DNA of 64,000 nucleotides from a bacterium (GTDB lineage Bacteria; Bacillota_I; Bacilli_A; RFN20; CAG-826): NCBI GenBank assembly GCA_963638555.1, contig CAVHQU010000001.1, positions 26,317 to 90,316 of the forward strand, read 5' to 3'. Shown piece by piece: positions 59,975 to 64,000 of this stretch (position 1 is its first letter; each line of letters starts with the position of its first letter). The notes under the pieces were generated by a model. It saw only the letters and a program-made list of their open reading frames with translations, ran no database searches and was not told where the DNA came from. The position numbers and the translations under genes were made by a program.

Positions 59975-60943
59975 TTATAAAGCCCAATCTTCTCGAGCGG
60001 TAAGTATCCATGATTCGATGTAGGAAGATATCCTAGAAGATATCCTACAAGCTATATTATAATCTAAACTTGAGCTATGAATTCCTCCGCTATGTATTCC
60101 TACAATTACATTTGAATTACCGTAAAAAATAGGCGCTCCACTCGATCCGGCTAAAGCGTCAATACGATGAAAGAACTTATAATCGGTTAATGTATTTCTC
60201 ACTTTATCGGAAGCATATGCCATTTTACCCGTTGTTCCTTGATAAGCAACCATTCGAACGCTCGTTGTATCGATGCTCATAGAATGGTTCATGGCATCAA
60301 AGTAACCATAAGTATCTCCAACGTTTGAATTTAATTTGCAATATACCCAATCATCAGAGGCGTCACCAGTTCTATAGTTCACACCAACGTTGTAAGTGGA
60401 AACTTCACAAGTTTCAACGCATGTAGATTCAACTGGCGTCCCATCAACTTCTACATAAACTTTAGTCTTGAGTGGCCAACCATAATTAGCACTATAAACA
60501 ACATGTGATGCTGTTAATAAAACATTGGATCCGACTAAAGCGCCAGTGCCGTAAGACGAAAAATCAGCTTTCCCATCCTTATTGCTATCATATTCGCAAA
60601 CCAATTGAACGATCCCTCGATAAGGCCATTTCTTAAGCTGGGAACTTGAAACATCTTGCAAATTGTGATTATAGATTCCGTCACTTGATGTTTTTCCTGA
60701 TGTATCCACATGTGGCTCATACGTAACATCATCTGTACGATCAGGATCAATATCATGTTCAAGAAGTTCATCATAAAGAAAAGATGGTTTTTCACCATAC
60801 TCATACATAATGTGATTAAAGTTCAAATTATTTTGAGTTGCTTGTTCAACCATATTACTAGCAGCCAATGTACTAACAGTTCCTTCGACTTTGTTAGAAA
60901 AACAAGCGCATGCTATGCAAAGAATGCTAATAAACGTTCCCAT
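59975..60943 (-). CDS. Secreted S1B-family (V8/glutamyl-endopeptidase-like) serine protease with N-terminal pro-region
   Basis: Signal peptide. His region GTGALVGSNVLLTASHVV. Ser region DALAGSSGAPIF...VIVGIHSGG, matching the V8 pattern GxSGSPVF...IGIHxGG. Confidence 0.7.
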   Translation of the reverse strand: MGTFISILCIACACFSNKVEGTVSTLAASNMVEQATQNNLNFNHIMYEYGEKPSFLYDELLEHDIDPDRTDDVTYEPHVDTSGKTSSDGIYNHNLQDVSSSQLKKWPYRGIVQLVCEYDSNKDGKADFSSYGTGALVGSNVLLTASHVVYSANYGWPLKTKVYVEVDGTPVESTCVETCEVSTYNVGVNYRTGDASDDWVYCKLNSNVGDTYGYFDAMNHSMSIDTTSVRMVAYQGTTGKMAYASDKVRNTLTDYKFFHRIDALAGSSGAPIFYGNSNVIVGIHSGGIHSSSLDYNIACRISSRISSYIESWILTAREDWAL

Positions 60944-61048
60944 ATCTTATTCTCCTCTTTTAAAACAAGGCCATTATCTATTAAAACTAGCTTTAGGTCA
61001 AGTTTAGTTTATTTTAAGGTCACTGTTTTTCAGCATTGTGTTTTTAAA

Positions 61049-61086
61049 CAAAAAAGCATTCGCCAAATAATCTTGGCTGAATGCCT
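61049..61086 (-). terminator. Terminator after pflA
   Basis: GCATTCGCCAA-ATAATC-TTGGCTGAATGC (one bulge) preceded on the plus strand by AAAAAA, which is a T-run on the minus strand. Confidence 0.55.
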
Positions 61087-61091
61087 TATAA

Positions 61092-61835
61092 TCATTTTAA
61101 ATCATCATCCTTTTTGCCATTCAATATATCTATGGCATTTTGTATGCGTTCCTTTGATGGAGGTTCTACTTCTTTTAACTTATAGTCGTATCCAAGTTTT
61201 TGCCACTTGAATTCACCCATTTTATGGAATGGCAAGACATCTATTCTTTCGACGTTAGACAAAGTTTTTATGAACTTTCTTGTTTCAAATAGATACTTAT
61301 CATTGTCGGAATATCCAGGTAAAAGAACATGCCTAATCCAAATTGGTTTATGAATCTCATCAAGATAATGAAATAAATCTATGATGTTATCGTTAGGACA
61401 AGAGGTTAATTCTTGATGGATCTTAGGATCAATATGTTTTATATCAAGCAAAAGAATATCGGTGTATTTCATTAATTCTTGGAACTTTGAGAAATACGGT
61501 TCTTTTCTTGTGAATGGTTGGCCAGCCGTATCAATACAGGTATTTATGCCGTTCTCTTTAGCCTTTTTAAACAAGTCAATCATGAAGTCGATTTGTAAAA
61601 GAGGTTCCCCTCCAGAAACTGTTATTCCACCTTTATCTCCCCAATATGGGCGGTAACGAAGAGCTTGTTTGATTAAATCATCCGCTTCTTTTTCTTCTCC
61701 GCCATCCATTTTCCATGTATCTGGGTTGTGGCAAAATAGACATCTCATTGCACAGCCTTTAACAAAAATAACGAATCTTATTCCAGGGCCATCAACTGAG
61801 CCGAACGATTCTATTGAATGAATGATTCCTTTCAT
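61092..61835 (-). CDS. pflA: Pyruvate formate-lyase activating enzyme (radical SAM)
   Basis: MKGIIHSIESFGSVDGPGIRFVIFVKGCAMRCLFCHN carries the CxxxCxxC cluster motif. RBS GGAGGAG. Confidence 0.9.
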   Translation of the reverse strand: MKGIIHSIESFGSVDGPGIRFVIFVKGCAMRCLFCHNPDTWKMDGGEEKEADDLIKQALRYRPYWGDKGGITVSGGEPLLQIDFMIDLFKKAKENGINTCIDTAGQPFTRKEPYFSKFQELMKYTDILLLDIKHIDPKIHQELTSCPNDNIIDLFHYLDEIHKPIWIRHVLLPGYSDNDKYLFETRKFIKTLSNVERIDVLPFHKMGEFKWQKLGYDYKLKEVEPPSKERIQNAIDILNGKKDDDLK

Positions 61836-61886
61836 AACTTCTCCTCCTTAGGAAATGAATTATCGAAAGAATAAACCCATTTAACA

Positions 61887-61900
61887 TTGATTTAAATCAA
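61887..61900. promoter_or_regulatory. FNR/Crp-family box TTGAT-TTAA-ATCAA upstream of pflA
   Basis: Perfect TTGAT-N4-ATCAA about 52 bp upstream of the pflA start, with the same extended flanks as the pflB box. Confidence 0.6.
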
Positions 61901-61943
61901 ATTTATTTTCTTGATGAGTAAAATGGGCGATACATGTAGTAGT

Positions 61944-62639
61944 TTAGCTTTGTGATATTTCAACTAAACGGGAATAGTTTGTTATTTTAAACGATGATTG
62001 GCCGACTTTTTCTATTACTCTTTCGTTCATTAGTTCAGCAAGTTTTCTTGAAACGGTTTCAGGGCGAAGAGATACGTGTGCGGCTATATCTTCTAATTTT
62101 AGTTTAACAATATCGCCGGAGATGTGGTTTAAACGGTAAAGGAAAAGGCGAGCTATTTTTGCTTTTGGGTCGGAAACGGAAAGAATAAGATTTCTTTCGT
62201 TTGCATCATGGAGTTTCTTAGATAGAAGAGCGATGATTTCTAAAGCGGAATGAGTATCTTGAATAAGAGATTCGAAGTCTTCTCTTAACATTTTTCCGAC
62301 AATTACGTTGTCTAAACACACACCAGAATATGGGTACGTGATTGTCTTCTTTCCTTTAAGGAAAACAGAAATCCATAAAGTATCGCCAGGAGAAAAGATA
62401 GAAACGATTTGTTCTCTGCCTTCCGAATCATATGTGGCTAATTTGATGTTGCCTTTACGAATAATGTATAGGGAGTTGGCTATTTCGCCTTCTTTGAAAA
62501 GCATTTCGCCTTTTTCGTAAGAGGTGAAAATCATCTTAGAAAGGATTTCTTTCCTAACATTTTCTCCAAGTTCTTCCAAGAATGAAGGATTCTGCTTGGA
62601 ATATTCATCAAGGGCTTTTTCATCAAAGAAAGTTTTCAT
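61944..62639 (-). CDS. Crp/Fnr-family transcriptional regulator (no FNR-type N-terminal Cys cluster)
   Basis: cNMP-binding-like beta-roll followed by a C-terminal HTH (SLRPETVSRKLAELMNERVIE). One Cys only. Its start overlaps the stop of the M18 gene (ATGA). Confidence 0.8.
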   Translation of the reverse strand: MKTFFDEKALDEYSKQNPSFLEELGENVRKEILSKMIFTSYEKGEMLFKEGEIANSLYIIRKGNIKLATYDSEGREQIVSIFSPGDTLWISVFLKGKKTITYPYSGVCLDNVIVGKMLREDFESLIQDTHSALEIIALLSKKLHDANERNLILSVSDPKAKIARLFLYRLNHISGDIVKLKLEDIAAHVSLRPETVSRKLAELMNERVIEKVGQSSFKITNYSRLVEISQS

Positions 62640-63907
62640 AACGATTTGATTTCTATATCAGACGAGAAGAACTCTTTCATTAAAAGAGACATGGTTTCGA
62701 TATCTTTTGCTCCGCAGAGTTCATTGCATGAATGCATGGCCAATTGTCCAATGCCAATATCGACTGAATTGATGGAAACTTGATTATTAGAAAGGTTGCC
62801 CAATGTTGAGCCTCCTCTAAGATCTGAACGGTTCGTGAAATCTTGAAACGGGATATTTGCATTCTTAACAACGTTCTTCAATGTTGCAGCACTTAATGCA
62901 TCAGTCGTATATCTTTGATCAGCATTGTATTTGATGACAATACCTTCATTCAACAAGACTGAAGTCGTTGAATCGGTTAATTCAGGATGATTTGGGTGAT
63001 TTGCGTGGGCATTATCAACCGAGACTAATAAAGATCTTGCGACCATTTCTCTATATGGAAGATCCAATGCGGTTGAAATTCTATTCAAAGTGTCGGAGAG
63101 GAAGGTTCCATATGCGCCTTGTTTAGTAAGAGAACCGACTTCTTCATTGTCAAAAGCACAATATATGTTGAAATACTTAGGCGAAGCGTCTAAGAATCCT
63201 AAAAGAACACTATACGTAGAGCCTAAATCATCTAGTTTAGGAGAAGAAATGAATTCTTTATTGAGTCCAACTTTCTTTGCTTTATCACGGTTGTAAAGGA
63301 ACAAATCGAAAGAGAGGATTTCTTTCGCATCTTCAATTTGATTTAAAAGATAGCAGTTGAAATTGAAATCTTTTTCAATTCCTAGCATAGGTATCATGTC
63401 CTTTGCGGGATTGAATGTGTATCCATTGTTGATATTTCTATTGAAATGGATGCAAACATTAGGAATGATGAGAAGATCTTCATCAATGTTTAATAGAGTG
63501 TTTTTCATTTCGCCATTCTTGTCTAAATAGAAAACACGTCCAGCAAAGGAAAGAGGTCTATCAAGCCAAGGGGCATCAATCATTCCGCCATATGGCTCAA
63601 CATTTAATGAAACAATATTCTTATAGTTTATGACTGGATTGGGTTTGATTTTGAAAGTTGGAGAATCCGTGTGAGATGCTGAAATTCTAAAAGAGGATGT
63701 TTTAGGAGAATGTGGAACATTAAAGGCGATTATTGCCGACCCATTGCGGATGACATAATAGTTTTTTCCTTCCTCAAGAGAAAACTCTTTGTCTTCTTTT
63801 AATTCTGTATATCCTTTCTTGTCTAATTCTTCTTTGATGTTCTTGACGACATGGAAAGGGCTATATGATTTATTTAATAATTCAATTGTTTTATCTAGAT
63901 AATTCAT
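62636..63907 (-). CDS. M18-family aminopeptidase (aspartyl aminopeptidase-like)
   Basis: MNYLDKTIELLNKSYSPFHVVKN N-terminus and the His/Asp/Glu metal-ligand pattern of the M18 family. 423 aa. Confidence 0.8.
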   Translation of the reverse strand: MNYLDKTIELLNKSYSPFHVVKNIKEELDKKGYTELKEDKEFSLEEGKNYYVIRNGSAIIAFNVPHSPKTSSFRISASHTDSPTFKIKPNPVINYKNIVSLNVEPYGGMIDAPWLDRPLSFAGRVFYLDKNGEMKNTLLNIDEDLLIIPNVCIHFNRNINNGYTFNPAKDMIPMLGIEKDFNFNCYLLNQIEDAKEILSFDLFLYNRDKAKKVGLNKEFISSPKLDDLGSTYSVLLGFLDASPKYFNIYCAFDNEEVGSLTKQGAYGTFLSDTLNRISTALDLPYREMVARSLLVSVDNAHANHPNHPELTDSTTSVLLNEGIVIKYNADQRYTTDALSAATLKNVVKNANIPFQDFTNRSDLRGGSTLGNLSNNQVSINSVDIGIGQLAMHSCNELCGAKDIETMSLLMKEFFSSDIEIKSL

Positions 63908-63917
63908 ACACGTACCT

Positions 63918-64000
63918 CTTATTTTGTTTCTTGGAATATTGAGCGAAGGACTTCTTCTCTAAATTCATCGTCCATACGATGTTTCTCACTCTTAACGTTA
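63918..64000 (-). CDS. 3' end of an unidentified gene running off the window
   Basis: Minus-strand open frame ...NVKSEKHRMDDEFREEVLRSIFQETK ending in TAA at 63918-63920. No start in the window. Confidence 0.3.

Noticed and set aside
1-64000. Search for transposases, integrases and phage genes
   Set aside because: No protein in the six-frame track has DDE, tyrosine-recombinase or phage-structural hallmarks. The insertions noted (protease modules) lack flanking inverted repeats that I could see.

Overview
The window is a low-GC, Firmicutes-like chromosomal segment with the coding style of a saccharolytic anaerobe: about 47 protein genes, most on the minus strand, and no rRNA, tRNA, CRISPR array or recognisable transposase or integrase. 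Reading left to right, it holds the following.

- **1-4735:** a BMP-family nucleoside ABC uptake operon (binding protein truncated at the window edge, a dual-ABC ATPase and two permeases).
- **5021-10446:** tex, a type III glutamine synthetase and gpsA.
- **10503-18096:** a glycan-utilisation cluster with a GH5 enzyme, an Fn3-like lipoprotein, an NCS2-like permease and a domain-permuted, membrane-anchored GH3 enzyme.
- **18258-21970:** an Agr/Com-type sensor kinase, a LytTR response regulator and a 507-aa DEDDh exonuclease-domain protein. The three genes are translationally coupled and sit behind four to five tandem direct repeats spaced 21-22 bp apart.
- **22035-22619:** tdk.
- **23644-31598:** a hexuronate locus with uxuA, an SDR reductase, uxaC, eda, kdgK, a divergent AraC-type regulator and a GH2 beta-glucuronidase-like enzyme.
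- **31680-39294:** a second permuted GH3 paralog, a cupin, DegV, an SGDEF-variant diguanylate cyclase and a membrane protein with a DUF2188-like C-terminal domain.
- **39332-42165:** a Ca2+-type P-type ATPase behind a leader that matches the yybP-ykoY (Mn2+) riboswitch pattern.
- **42226-50058:** a thioredoxin-like gene, recN, a small membrane protein gene, a GT2 glycosyltransferase, a cytoplasmic GH3 beta-glucosidase and a GPH/MFS transporter.
- **50127-50748:** an HdeD/DUF308-like gene preceded by a second copy of the LytTR-type repeat.
- **50796-53677:** csoR-copA, with copA fused to a CopZ-like C-terminal domain.
- **53750-56063:** a secreted C10 (streptopain-like) cysteine peptidase overlapped by an upstream lipoprotein gene.
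- **56126-56935:** a ZIP metal transporter.
- **57137-61835:** pflB and pflA, each preceded by a perfect TTGAT-N4-ATCAA box and separated by an inserted S1B (V8-like) serine peptidase plus a small lipoprotein.
- **61944-64000:** a Crp/Fnr-family regulator translationally coupled to an M18 aminopeptidase, and a partial gene at the right edge.

The most unusual element is the kinase, LytTR regulator and exonuclease-fusion operon with its repeat arrays at 18258-18340 and 50130-50167. Its effector architecture appears undescribed.
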